DNA of 56,645 nt from the IMG/VR virus record IMGVR_UViG_3300021354_000516, positions 1 to 56,645 of that record; one strand, given 5' to 3'. This DNA is from a virus. Its lineage: Duplodnaviria > Caudoviricetes. Positions within the stretch are counted from its first letter, which is position 1. Every line of letters starts with the position of its first letter. Position numbers and translations under genes: made by a program. This document shows, in pieces, positions 19,220-28,886 of the stretch. The notes beneath the pieces were generated by a model. It worked only from the letters and a program-made list of their open reading frames with translations, searched no databases and was not told the origin of the DNA.

Positions 19220-20278
19220 TGCGATGAATTCGCATTTGTGCCACCTAATGTTGCAAGCGAGTTTTGGACTTCAATATCGCCTACATTAGCAACAGGTGGT
19301 AAAGCAATTATTACATCAACACCTAACTCAGATGAAGATCAATTTGCACAAATTTGGAGTGAAGCCAATAAACGATTTGATGAATTTGGTAACGAACAAG
19401 CAATAGGTCGAAACGGATTTGCACCTTATATGGCACTTTGGAGCCAACATCCAGACCGTGATAAAAAATGGAAGAACGAAGAAATAGCACGGGTAGGGGA
19501 AGAACGCTTCAGACGTGAACACAATTGTGAATTTTTAGTATTCGATGAAACACTTATTAATTCTATAAGTTTATCTGATTTAGAAGCATCAAATCCTATA
19601 ATGAATATGGGACAAGTTCGATGGTATCGAAAGATTGATCCAGATGCAACATATATTGTTAGTTTAGATCCGTGTTTAGGCACAGGTGGAGACTATGCAG
19701 GAATTGAAGTTTTAGAAATTCCAAGCTTTCATCAGGTTGCAGAATGGCATCATAACACAACCCCAATACAAGCACAAGTTCGTATTATGCGTGATATTTG
19801 TAAACATATTGAAGATGAATGTACAAGACAAGATAGATCGATAAGTTTATATTTTTCAGTCGAAAATAACACAGTCGGTGAAGCTGCGTTAGTTTCGATA
19901 AACGAATTAGGTGAAGAAACTTATCCAGGTATGTTTTTAAGTGAACCGATTAAAAAAGGTCATGTACGTAGATATCGTAAAGGATTTAATACCACACATA
20001 AATCTAAATTAGCAATTGCTGCTAAGTTAAAACAGTTAATTGAAAATAAAACTTTAAAGATTTACAGTAAACCACTAATTAGTCAACTTAAAGCATATGT
20101 TGCTAAAGGACTTAGTTTTGAAGCTAAAACCGGAGAGAATGATGACCTAGTAGCTAGCCTATTACTAAATATTCGTATGGTTATGATGCTACAAGATTGG
20201 GATCCAAGTGTATATGAAAAGATGCATGAACATGTAAGTGAAGAGTTGATTTTGCCAATGCCAATCTTCGTTGGATAA
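18890..20278 (+). CDS. terL: terminase large subunit, C-terminal fragment preceded by the split-intein C half
   Basis: after ...FITKN the sequence is CDEFAFV (Walker B), ITSTPN, RFRREHNCEF, SLDP, ENN, DDLV nuclease motifs. Confidence 0.93.
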   Translation: MFASNTEYEILTPNGWCNFNGITEVAGKITHSIKLKNGEIVSATAGHYFFINDRKIKLQDLSIGDFIDTISGPQQIIEIKENLKTTVYDIVEVDNEKHQFIVNHCFITKNCDEFAFVPPNVASEFWTSISPTLATGGKAIITSTPNSDEDQFAQIWSEANKRFDEFGNEQAIGRNGFAPYMALWSQHPDRDKKWKNEEIARVGEERFRREHNCEFLVFDETLINSISLSDLEASNPIMNMGQVRWYRKIDPDATYIVSLDPCLGTGGDYAGIEVLEIPSFHQVAEWHHNTTPIQAQVRIMRDICKHIEDECTRQDRSISLYFSVENNTVGEAALVSINELGEETYPGMFLSEPIKKGHVRRYRKGFNTTHKSKLAIAAKLKQLIENKTLKIYSKPLISQLKAYVAKGLSFEAKTGENDDLVASLLLNIRMVMMLQDWDPSVYEKMHEHVSEELILPMPIFVG

Positions 20279-20294
20279 AAGAATAAATATATAA

Positions 20295-22658
20295 ATGAAA
20301 CCAATAGACATTATCGCATTAGATTTATTTGAAAAAGTTCGCAGTCGTTTTACAAACCTTCAATTAGGTGATAAAGACGGGACTGTTACGGCTGAACCAT
20401 CAGCCGCTAGATTCTTTGATTTTGATTTTGCCGTTGAAGGAACAACGTTAGGGCGAGTTAGTATTAGCATTAACGATACCGGCAATTTAAAGATCTTTTA
20501 TAGTCAAGGTATTACAGAAAATGCCGACCCTATCACACAATCAATGTGGTATGATTTTTTAAAAGAAATGCGTTTTTTTGCAAAACGTAGATTATTAAGA
20601 TTTGATACACGAGATATTACAAAAGGTAATTTGGACAAAACAGATTTCCAATACCTAGCCCAAAATGGACCTAAGGATAACAACATGAACGAATCATCAC
20701 TAACAGGAAGTTCAAAAACTTCACATAGAAAATTAGAAAATACAGATTTAATTATTCGTCATTCTGAAGCAATTGATCCTACTAAACCAGGAGCACGTAG
20801 TCGTAAAATTAAAAATTTGTTTATTCAAAATCAAGAAGGTGAACGTTTTAAATTTCCATTTGTTTATCTTCCAGGTGCTCGTGCAATGCAACGTCATATT
20901 TCAAATGGTGGTTATCCACATGATGAAGCAGGTAAACACATTGTTAAAACTTGTGAAGAAATATTAAAATTAAGTGACTTTGGTCGTAAAGTTAAACATT
21001 CAACATTAAATGATAATGCACACGGTATTATCGAACGTGCTGGACAAAAATTAAAATCTTTACGTCATCATATGGAATGTATGGCGAAACAAAATTATTA
21101 CGAAGCATGGAAAGAAACATATGCACCAGATGATTCAAATTTAATCGAACTTGATGCTGCAACAATGGAAAGTTATAAAGATACTTTTACAGTTAATAAA
21201 TTTGATGAAGCACTTTCAGATATGTTTCCTTTATTGCATTCAATTATGCAAGAAGCAGGTGAAATTGATTTAGAAGCTATAGTAAGCGAAGGTATCGAAG
21301 AAGATCAAACAACCGAAGATATTGCTTCTGCACTTGAATTTGCTGCATTTGAATCATGGACTGATAGCGTAATGAATGAAGGTTTATCAGATGACGAATT
21401 AGCTGCACTTGAACAAATTGTTCAAGAACCATTACCAGTTGGTGCAAATGATGAAGCAGTACAAGCATTAGCAGGAGTTGGCATTCAAGATCCTGCATTA
21501 ATAAAAGCAATTCGTGCTACTGCGGCAATGCCAAATGGTGAAAATACAGATGCAAGAACAATAATCCAAACATATTTAGGTGCTGATGCAGGTAAAATAA
21601 GTTTCGGTGATTTAGATAACCAAGCACCACAAGCAGCTCCTGCACAACCTGCTCAGACTGCGGCACCAGCTGAAGAACCTGCAATGGCAGAAGCAATTAG
21701 TCCTTTTGCAAAAAATACACGTAAAGTTGCATCGTTTGATGGCGATCATGGCGCAACTGCTGAAGTTCGATTTGATCATGAAAATGGATACCAAGTTCAT
21801 TTTTATAAAAATGGTCAACATTTAGGTTCTAACAATATCGAGTATTTTAGAAATGATAAAAAAGAAGCCATTGAATTTGCAAAACAAGAAGTTGGTATAT
21901 CAGAAGATGTTTCTGAAGGTTCATATTATGGTCCAGAAGATTTCCAAGATTGGTTACATGATGCAACTCATCGTGTTGCACATGGTAAAGTTGGTGATTG
22001 GACTGAACTTGCTGCCGAATTAACAACCGATCTAGGGTTTGATGATAATAAAGCAGAACGTATTGCACAACGTATTTACGGACATGAAAAGTTAGCACCA
22101 AAAAGGGTCAACCCAATTGATTTAGAAAAAGATATCCCAAATGATCACGATGATGACGATGATTCTGCATTCTTAAATAAATTACGTAGACAAGCACGTT
22201 CAGGTTCAATTCCACAAGGATTAGATACAGGTGATGATGTTGATGAAGACGATATTCAACCTGATTCAAAAAACAAACTTATCGAAAAAGGTAGTCAAGC
22301 AAAAGAAATTGCTCAGATTATTTTAGGATTTTATGATCGTGATAAAGGAACCTGGACCAAAGGTGAACATGGCGTTGTTACCCATGTAAAACGACAATTC
22401 AGTGATGAAGACGGCCGAGGTGGCGAAAAAGAAGCTGCAATTGCTGCAAAACTAATTCAACACTTAAATGCAAAACACGATCGCGATGATGAAGGTCTTA
22501 TCGGTGGAGCAATTGGAGGAGTTCTCGGCGGAATGGTAGGCGGACCATTAGGTGCTATTGGTGGTTATTCTGCAGGAAGTAAAGCAGGAGATGATTTAAC
22601 AAGCGAAAACAAAGCATTTGAAGACATTTTAAGATTTGCAGGTCTAAAAAAGATTTAA
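20295..22658 (+). CDS. large acidic virion-associated hypothetical protein with C-terminal glycine zipper
   Basis: 787 aa; TAAATA-N5-ATG; GLIGGAIGGVLGGMVGGPLGAIGG. Confidence 0.7.
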   Translation: MKPIDIIALDLFEKVRSRFTNLQLGDKDGTVTAEPSAARFFDFDFAVEGTTLGRVSISINDTGNLKIFYSQGITENADPITQSMWYDFLKEMRFFAKRRLLRFDTRDITKGNLDKTDFQYLAQNGPKDNNMNESSLTGSSKTSHRKLENTDLIIRHSEAIDPTKPGARSRKIKNLFIQNQEGERFKFPFVYLPGARAMQRHISNGGYPHDEAGKHIVKTCEEILKLSDFGRKVKHSTLNDNAHGIIERAGQKLKSLRHHMECMAKQNYYEAWKETYAPDDSNLIELDAATMESYKDTFTVNKFDEALSDMFPLLHSIMQEAGEIDLEAIVSEGIEEDQTTEDIASALEFAAFESWTDSVMNEGLSDDELAALEQIVQEPLPVGANDEAVQALAGVGIQDPALIKAIRATAAMPNGENTDARTIIQTYLGADAGKISFGDLDNQAPQAAPAQPAQTAAPAEEPAMAEAISPFAKNTRKVASFDGDHGATAEVRFDHENGYQVHFYKNGQHLGSNNIEYFRNDKKEAIEFAKQEVGISEDVSEGSYYGPEDFQDWLHDATHRVAHGKVGDWTELAAELTTDLGFDDNKAERIAQRIYGHEKLAPKRVNPIDLEKDIPNDHDDDDDSAFLNKLRRQARSGSIPQGLDTGDDVDEDDIQPDSKNKLIEKGSQAKEIAQIILGFYDRDKGTWTKGEHGVVTHVKRQFSDEDGRGGEKEAAIAAKLIQHLNAKHDRDDEGLIGGAIGGVLGGMVGGPLGAIGGYSAGSKAGDDLTSENKAFEDILRFAGLKKI

Positions 22659-22677
22659 AAATAATCTCCAATAACAC

Positions 22678-22724
22678 TTGACAAGATAAATAAACTAGCA
22701 TACAATAGCACTGTATGCTAGTTT
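22678..22724 (+). promoter_or_regulatory. overlapping sigma70 and late promoters with a 13-bp inverted repeat upstream of the SSB gene
   Basis: TTGACA-17-TACAAT (22678-22706), TAAATA 22687-22692, AAACTAGCATACA/TGTATGCTAGTTT. Confidence 0.7.
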
Positions 22725-22798
22725 TTGTTTTTATGTAGTTGCATTAAAACAAAAGGCATGTAGTAAACTTAGGCACATAAAATTATAGGAGAATCATT

Positions 22799-23812
22799 AT
22801 GGCATCGTTAGCAGAAATAAGAGCAAAACTTCAAGCAACAAATCAACAAAACACCGGTGGTAGTACAGGCGGTGACAACGCAATTTTCGCACATTGGAAT
22901 GCCGCAGACGGAACAACTACAACAGTACGTTTCCTTCCTGATGGAGATCCATCTAATACTTTCTTTTGGATTGAACGAGCAATGATTAAATTGCCGTTTG
23001 CAGGTATTAAAGGTGAAACAAATTCAAAACCTACTACAGTACAAGTTCCTTGTATGGAAATGTGGGGAGAAACTTGTCCAATTTTAACAGAAGTACGTCC
23101 ATGGTTTAAAGATAAATCTTTAGAAGAAATGGGTCGCAAGTATTGGAAGAAACGTAGCTATTTGTTTCAAGGGTTTGTAACTGAAACTAAACTAGCAGAA
23201 GATAGATTACCAGAAAATCCAATTCGACGATTTATAATTAATGCTCAAATTTTTAATCCTGTTAAAAATGCATTAATGGATAACGAGATTGAAGAATTAC
23301 CAACTGATTATGTTCGTGGTTTAGATTTTAAAATCATTAAAACAACTAAAGGTGGTTATGCTGATTATACAACTTCATCATGGGCTCGTCGTGAACGTGC
23401 ATTAAGTGATTCGGAAAAAGCAGCAATTGATCAATATGGTTTATTTGATCTAAAATCATTTTTACCTAAAAAACCAACTGAAGTTGAAATTAAAGTTATC
23501 AAAGAAATGTTTGAAGCATCAGTTGATGGTGAAGCATTTGATATGGACCGTTGGGGTCAATATTTTAGACCAGCTGGTATGGCTGGACGTGATTCAGCAA
23601 CAAGTGTAACTTCGGCACCAACAACTGCTTCTGTAACTAAAGCACCTGCTATAGATGAAGATGATGTTGTTGATTTTGAACCAACTCAAGCTTCAACACC
23701 AGTTTCAGAAGCAGTTGCAGAAACAGCACCTGCATCAACAGAAGGCGCATCATCAAGTGCAAGAGCTCAAGATATCCTTGCGATGATTCGCAATCGTCAA
23801 CAAACTCAATAA
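22799..23812 (+). CDS. gp32: single-stranded DNA-binding protein
   Basis: VRFLP, CP motif, GLDFKIIKT..GYADY, acidic C-terminal region. Confidence 0.85.
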   Translation: MASLAEIRAKLQATNQQNTGGSTGGDNAIFAHWNAADGTTTTVRFLPDGDPSNTFFWIERAMIKLPFAGIKGETNSKPTTVQVPCMEMWGETCPILTEVRPWFKDKSLEEMGRKYWKKRSYLFQGFVTETKLAEDRLPENPIRRFIINAQIFNPVKNALMDNEIEELPTDYVRGLDFKIIKTTKGGYADYTTSSWARRERALSDSEKAAIDQYGLFDLKSFLPKKPTEVEIKVIKEMFEASVDGEAFDMDRWGQYFRPAGMAGRDSATSVTSAPTTASVTKAPAIDEDDVVDFEPTQASTPVSEAVAETAPASTEGASSSARAQDILAMIRNRQQTQ

Positions 23813-23822
23813 GGAGTAATTG

Positions 23823-24878
23823 ATGAGTAAAGCATTTGATATCTCAAAGTTTCGAAAAAGCATTACTAAATCAATTGATGGTTTAGGAATTGGCTTTAAC
23901 GATCCAACTGATTGGATTTCAACTGGCAATTATGCACTCAACTTTCTTATCTCAGGGGACTTCTTTAAAGGAGTTCCTTTAGGTAAAGTTACTGTGTTTG
24001 CTGGTGAATCTGGTGCAGGTAAATCATATATTTGTGCTGGTAACATTATTCGACATGCTCAAGAACAAGGCATTTATGTTGTCTTAATTGATTCAGAAAA
24101 TGCGTTAGATGAGCAATGGTTAAAAAATCTACATGTAGATACTTCAGAAGATAAACTTTTGAAATTAAACATGGCAATGATCGACGATGTTGCAAAAACA
24201 ATTTCTGAGTTTATGAAAGAATACAAATTAATGCCAACAGAAGACCGTCCAAAAGTATTGTTTGTAATAGACTCATTAGGTATGTTATTAACTCCAACCG
24301 ATGTTAATCAGTTTGAAGCAGGTGAAATGAAAGGTGATATGGGTCGTAAACCTAAAGCACTTACTTCACTGGTTCGTAACTGTGTTAATACATTTGGTAG
24401 TTATAATGTTGGATTAGTTGCTACTAATCACACATATGCAAGTCAAGACATGTTTGACCCTGATGATAAAATTAGTGGCGGACAAGGCTTTATCTATGCA
24501 TCAAGTATCGTTGTTGCAATGAAAAAACTTAAACTTAAAGAGGATGAGGATGGTAACAAAGTAAGTGATGTATTAGGTATACGTTCTGCTTGTAAAATAA
24601 TGAAAACTCGTTATGCAAAACCATTCGAATCAGTACAGGTTAAAATTCCATATTCAACAGGTATGGCACCAACATCCGGACTAGTTGATATGTTTGAGAA
24701 AATGGGTGTATTATCTAAAGTTGGCAATAAGTTAGCATATACAGATAAAGATACCGGTGAAATTATTGCTGAGTTTCGTAAAAATTGGTCTAAAGAAAAA
24801 CTTCATATTATTATGAAACAATGGGATGATGTTATTGTAAAACCAACAATTATTGAAGAAGGTGAAGAAGATCTATGA
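23823..24878 (+). CDS. uvsX: RecA-like recombinase
   Basis: ISTGNYALN, AGESGAGKS, IDSENALD, IDSLG, TNHTY, SGGQG. Confidence 0.95.
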   Translation: MSKAFDISKFRKSITKSIDGLGIGFNDPTDWISTGNYALNFLISGDFFKGVPLGKVTVFAGESGAGKSYICAGNIIRHAQEQGIYVVLIDSENALDEQWLKNLHVDTSEDKLLKLNMAMIDDVAKTISEFMKEYKLMPTEDRPKVLFVIDSLGMLLTPTDVNQFEAGEMKGDMGRKPKALTSLVRNCVNTFGSYNVGLVATNHTYASQDMFDPDDKISGGQGFIYASSIVVAMKKLKLKEDEDGNKVSDVLGIRSACKIMKTRYAKPFESVQVKIPYSTGMAPTSGLVDMFEKMGVLSKVGNKLAYTDKDTGEIIAEFRKNWSKEKLHIIMKQWDDVIVKPTIIEEGEEDL

Positions 24879-25117
24879 ATGAACATTTAATTATGACAGT
24901 TTGGGATTTGTTTCGTGATTATATCCCAGAAAAAAATAGAGAAATGGCAGCAACTCAATATGTAGATTTTTTATTAGGTAATGATATCGAAGCTGATACA
25001 CTTCATACATATACCGGATATGATCCACATATCGATGATGCAATTAAAGCAGTTCTTGAAGAAGAAGGGCTTGATGATGAAGAAGAAGATAGTTTCGACG
25101 AAGACGAGGACTATTAA
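24875..25117 (+). CDS. small acidic hypothetical protein
   Basis: 80 aa, coupled to uvsX and uvsY. Confidence 0.7.
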   Translation: MNEHLIMTVWDLFRDYIPEKNREMAATQYVDFLLGNDIEADTLHTYTGYDPHIDDAIKAVLEEEGLDDEEEDSFDEDEDY

Positions 25118-25572
25118 TGCGTTGGTACTCAAAAGTTAGCAGAGATATAAGTCTTCTTCCTGACTGCATTGAGTACTACTACGCTGAATTAACTGAAGCA
25201 AAGCAGGAGACCAAAGTCTATGGAAACTTAGAAAAGTCTTCTGCCGCTTTACCAGGCATTGTAGAACAACGATTTAATCAGTTACAAGAAATTGAAGGAA
25301 TACTTGAATATCTAAATATCGAATTACGTCGTGAACGATCAAAAGCATTTAAAAAATATCTCGAAAACTACCAACGTGCATTAAGCAGTCGTGATTGTGA
25401 AAAATATTCTGACGGTGATCCTGACGTTGTAGATCTTGAAAAAATTGTTAATGAATTTGCATTACTTCGCAATCAATGGTTAGGCATTATTAAAAGCCTT
25501 GATATTAAAGGATTTCAAATTAATAATATCATACGGTTAAGAATTGCAGGCATGGACGATGTTCAAATTTAA
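25117..25572 (+). CDS. uvsY: recombination mediator
   Basis: helical 151 aa ending IKGFQINNIIRLRIAG; located between uvsX and uvsW. Confidence 0.75.
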   Translation: MRWYSKVSRDISLLPDCIEYYYAELTEAKQETKVYGNLEKSSAALPGIVEQRFNQLQEIEGILEYLNIELRRERSKAFKKYLENYQRALSSRDCEKYSDGDPDVVDLEKIVNEFALLRNQWLGIIKSLDIKGFQINNIIRLRIAGMDDVQI

Positions 25573-25574
25573 TT

Positions 25575-26783
25575 ATGTATATTGAAGAACTAATACACTT
25601 TGCTGCAAACACCGCTTATAACTTTGCAAATCCTAGACCTTTATTAACTATTAATGATGCTGATTTAAAAATAATTACTAGTATAAGTATTCAGTTATCT
25701 ATGAACGATGAACAATTAACAGAAAAACAAAGTGAACTAGCACTTGTAATACTTAACAAAAATCGTAATGAATTAAGAAATCTAATCTCGTTAATTGATG
25801 AATTTTTAGATAATCCTAATTGGAAAAAACCATTTAGAGTTCTTCAAAAATATAAACGTATTTCAATTGAAGATAACTCTATCCTTCTTGAATTTCCGTA
25901 CGAAGCTGATTATATTGAAGCAATTAAAATGAGAAATTTTAATTCACATGAATTGCTGAGAGGAACATTTGTTGGTCGTGATACTAAACATTGGAGATTT
26001 CTTCTTACCGAAAAAAATATTGAATGGATTGGAAGTACATTTATTCCTCAACGATTTCAAGCAAGTGAAACCTTTTTAGAACTATATAATTCAGTAGTTG
26101 ATATTGTAGATGATATCGAAAATCAACTTCCTATAATTATTCAAGAAAATGATACATTTAAAATAATTAATGCTCATAAAAATGTTCCTCAATTAACTAC
26201 TACAGACTTAGTTGAAACTCTTTTTTTAGCAAGAGATTATGGTGTTACAGTTTGGGATAATCATATTGAAGAAAGAATTGATAACGAAGTCCATCCTGTT
26301 ACTAAGTTAATTTTATCAATTCATCCACGTAAACATCCTTGGGTAAGCAGTATTCATTATTCAATTGATTGTTTTAAAGATTTATTAATTTATGGTGGAC
26401 CAACATTAATTATTGTTCCAGGTAATATTGATAATCAAGTAGAAGATTGGGTTAATTTTGCTCTTAGTATAGGTATTACATCTAAACAAATGAGTGTTAT
26501 GTTTAGATTACCAAATGAATATTCAAAGTTTAATCAGTATGTTAAAACTGCAGAATTAAATAATATTGTTAATGAAAATACACGTATTGTTTTTGTTAGT
26601 TTAAAAATTTCTAAACCTTTGCTCAAATCAGGCATTAAATTTAAAACAGTAATCAATCTTGGGTATTATGATTCTATGCATTTTACCACAGGAACAATAG
26701 TTGACAATGCTCAAAATTTAGTGTATTATAGTATGAAAGAACCTACAAAAAAGAATTCAAAATGGCAACAGCAAGAATTGTAA
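25575..26783 (+). CDS. hypothetical protein
   Basis: 402-aa ORF; LTEKQ motif. Confidence 0.7.
   Translation: MYIEELIHFAANTAYNFANPRPLLTINDADLKIITSISIQLSMNDEQLTEKQSELALVILNKNRNELRNLISLIDEFLDNPNWKKPFRVLQKYKRISIEDNSILLEFPYEADYIEAIKMRNFNSHELLRGTFVGRDTKHWRFLLTEKNIEWIGSTFIPQRFQASETFLELYNSVVDIVDDIENQLPIIIQENDTFKIINAHKNVPQLTTTDLVETLFLARDYGVTVWDNHIEERIDNEVHPVTKLILSIHPRKHPWVSSIHYSIDCFKDLLIYGGPTLIIVPGNIDNQVEDWVNFALSIGITSKQMSVMFRLPNEYSKFNQYVKTAELNNIVNENTRIVFVSLKISKPLLKSGIKFKTVINLGYYDSMHFTTGTIVDNAQNLVYYSMKEPTKKNSKWQQQEL
26701..26729 (+). promoter_or_regulatory. sigma70-type promoter for uvsW
   Basis: TTGACA-17-TATTAT. Confidence 0.6.
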
Positions 26784-28219
26784 TTAAAGATGAAATTAAC
26801 GTAAAAATTGAAGGACTCGATCTTGATTCAAGAAAAGAATTAGTAAAAAAGTTCAAGTACTTTGATCAATCTGCACGATATAAACCTGCATTTAAACTCG
26901 GTCGATGGGATGGATGTACTGCATTTTTTGGTTTAGGCGGAACTACTTATGTTAGTTTATTAGATAGAGTTTTACCATTATTAGAGCAATGGGGTTATTA
27001 CATCGAAATTGAAGATTTACGTAATCCAATTTCATTAAACTTTGATAAAGTTGCAGAAGACTTTTGGGGAGATTTAACCTGGCCAGAAGGACATCGATTT
27101 GCTGGACATTTAATAAGATTACGTGAAGATCAAGTTGAAGTTGTTAATAAATTTTTAGAGAATCCGCAATGTATACAGGAGATTGCTACAGGATTTGGGA
27201 AGACAATCACAACAGCAACTTTATCAAAAATATGTGAAAAGTTTGGAAGAACTATAACAATTGTACCAAATAAAGATCTTGTTGTTCAAACTGAAGAAGA
27301 TTTTCTTAATTGTCAATTAGATGTCGGAGTTTACTTTGGTGATCGAAAAGAATTAGGAAAAACTCATACGATATGTACTTGGCAAAGTTTAAATATTTTA
27401 GATAAACGATCAAAAAATACAACAGATGACGAATTGTTAACACTTGCAGAATTACTTGAAAATGTACAATGTGTTATGGTTGACGAAGTGCATATGGCAA
27501 AGGCAGAGGTTCTAAAAAAACTATTAACACAGAATATGTCAAATACTCCAATCCGTTGGGGTCTAACCGGAACTGTACCTAAAGAAGATATTGATTTTGA
27601 AAATATTCGTGCAAGTTTAGGTGAAGTTGTACATCGTGTTAAAGCACATGAATTACAAGAAGCTGGTGTGTTAAGTACATGTCACGTTAATATCATTCAA
27701 ACACAAGAATGGAAAGAGTTTGGGTCTTATCCAGAAGAATTAAAATACCTTGTTACAGATTCTGATAGAATGGAATGGATTTCAAAGTTAGTAAAAAGTA
27801 TTTCAGAAACCGGAAATACACTTGTATTAGTAGATAGAATCGAATCAGGTGAATTTATTATTAACGAAATTCCTGATTCGGTATTCATTAGTGGTAAGAT
27901 AAAATCAAAAAAACGAAAAGAACAGTATCGAGAAGTAGCAACGAGTGATGATAAAATTATCGTTGCAACTTATGGTGTAGCGGCTGTAGGTATCAACATT
28001 CCGAGAATTTTTAATTTAATTCTTTTAGAACCAGGAAAAAGTTTTGTAAGGGTTATACAAAGTATCGGGCGTGGCATTAGAAAAGCTGAAGATAAAGATT
28101 TTGTAAACATTTATGATATTACAGCAAATACAAAGTACGCCAAACGGCATCTTTCTGAAAGAAAACGTTTCTATAAAGATGCAAAATATCCATTTACAGT
28201 CGAAAAGGTAAAGTACTAA
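26762..28219 (+). CDS. uvsW: SF2 DNA helicase
   Basis: ATGFGKT, DEVH, GLTGT, QSIGRGIR. Confidence 0.92.
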   Translation: MATARIVIKDEINVKIEGLDLDSRKELVKKFKYFDQSARYKPAFKLGRWDGCTAFFGLGGTTYVSLLDRVLPLLEQWGYYIEIEDLRNPISLNFDKVAEDFWGDLTWPEGHRFAGHLIRLREDQVEVVNKFLENPQCIQEIATGFGKTITTATLSKICEKFGRTITIVPNKDLVVQTEEDFLNCQLDVGVYFGDRKELGKTHTICTWQSLNILDKRSKNTTDDELLTLAELLENVQCVMVDEVHMAKAEVLKKLLTQNMSNTPIRWGLTGTVPKEDIDFENIRASLGEVVHRVKAHELQEAGVLSTCHVNIIQTQEWKEFGSYPEELKYLVTDSDRMEWISKLVKSISETGNTLVLVDRIESGEFIINEIPDSVFISGKIKSKKRKEQYREVATSDDKIIVATYGVAAVGINIPRIFNLILLEPGKSFVRVIQSIGRGIRKAEDKDFVNIYDITANTKYAKRHLSERKRFYKDAKYPFTVEKVKY

Positions 28220-28221
28220 TA

Positions 28222-28291
28222 ACAATTCTCTTGACTTTGCTCTAGAAATCATGTTATTATAAACACCAGTATACTTGTTTTGTAAATATAT
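28222..28291 (-). pseudogene. N-terminal remnant of an HNH-type homing endonuclease
   Basis: (I)YLQNKYTGVYNNMISRAKSRELL directly follows leader copy 2; ATA stands where ATG is expected. Confidence 0.5.
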
Positions 28292-28292
28292 A

Positions 28293-28360
28293 GCTGATAG
28301 TTCCTATACTCTGTTAGAGTTGATGAATATTACAAGTATCGCGATCGACAATTTTATTTA
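28293..28360 (-). promoter_or_regulatory. late promoter plus structured 5' leader (copy 2)
   Basis: TAAATA-AAATT-GTCGATCGCGATACTTGTAATATTCATCAACTCTAACAGAGTATAGGAACTATCAGC; homologous to 7489-7555. Confidence 0.7.
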
Positions 28361-28373
28361 TAAGGAGATTAAT

Positions 28374-28877
28374 ATTCAGATCCTAACTTTAGAAAACAAA
28401 ACTTTTTATTTAAATGAATTACCAGATGAAGTTGATGATGATTTACGATTTGCAGTATTAGATAATAGTGATAATCACAATCCTGATTATTTTTATTTGC
28501 CATTAATATTCTTAGAATCATTTACAGGTCCTGCCGCAGTATTAAAGATCGGTCAATGGGAAATAACCATGCCACTTGATTGGTGTGCAGTTGTAGGTGA
28601 TCCAACTGGTCCAGAAATGGAAGTTTTACCTTTGACAAGTTTAAATGATCGAGGATTTACAACATTTACATTTAATCCGTTAACATCATTTAGACCAGAA
28701 TTTTATGAAATTGATATTATCAATGTTTATCAAGATGTTAAATGGTATTTTCCAAAAATGAAACCTGGACAATTATTATGTACTCCGTTGCATGGAGGAG
28801 AAAAACCCGTATGTGCTTATTTTGTTAAAGAAGTAAGTCGTCAAAGTGAAATTGTTCAATATACAAAATGTTGGTAA
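28374..28877 (+). CDS. hypothetical phage protein; probable ATT start
   Basis: SD AAGGAG 6 nt before ATT-CAG-ATC-CTA; the upstream in-frame extension overlaps the leader element. Confidence 0.65.
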   Translation: MQILTLENKTFYLNELPDEVDDDLRFAVLDNSDNHNPDYFYLPLIFLESFTGPAAVLKIGQWEITMPLDWCAVVGDPTGPEMEVLPLTSLNDRGFTTFTFNPLTSFRPEFYEIDIINVYQDVKWYFPKMKPGQLLCTPLHGGEKPVCAYFVKEVSRQSEIVQYTKCW

Positions 28878-28886
28878 GGAAATTAG

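Noticed and set aside
28275-28373. N-terminal extension of the 200-aa ORF
   Set aside because: It overlaps the antisense leader element and HNH remnant; the SD points to 28374
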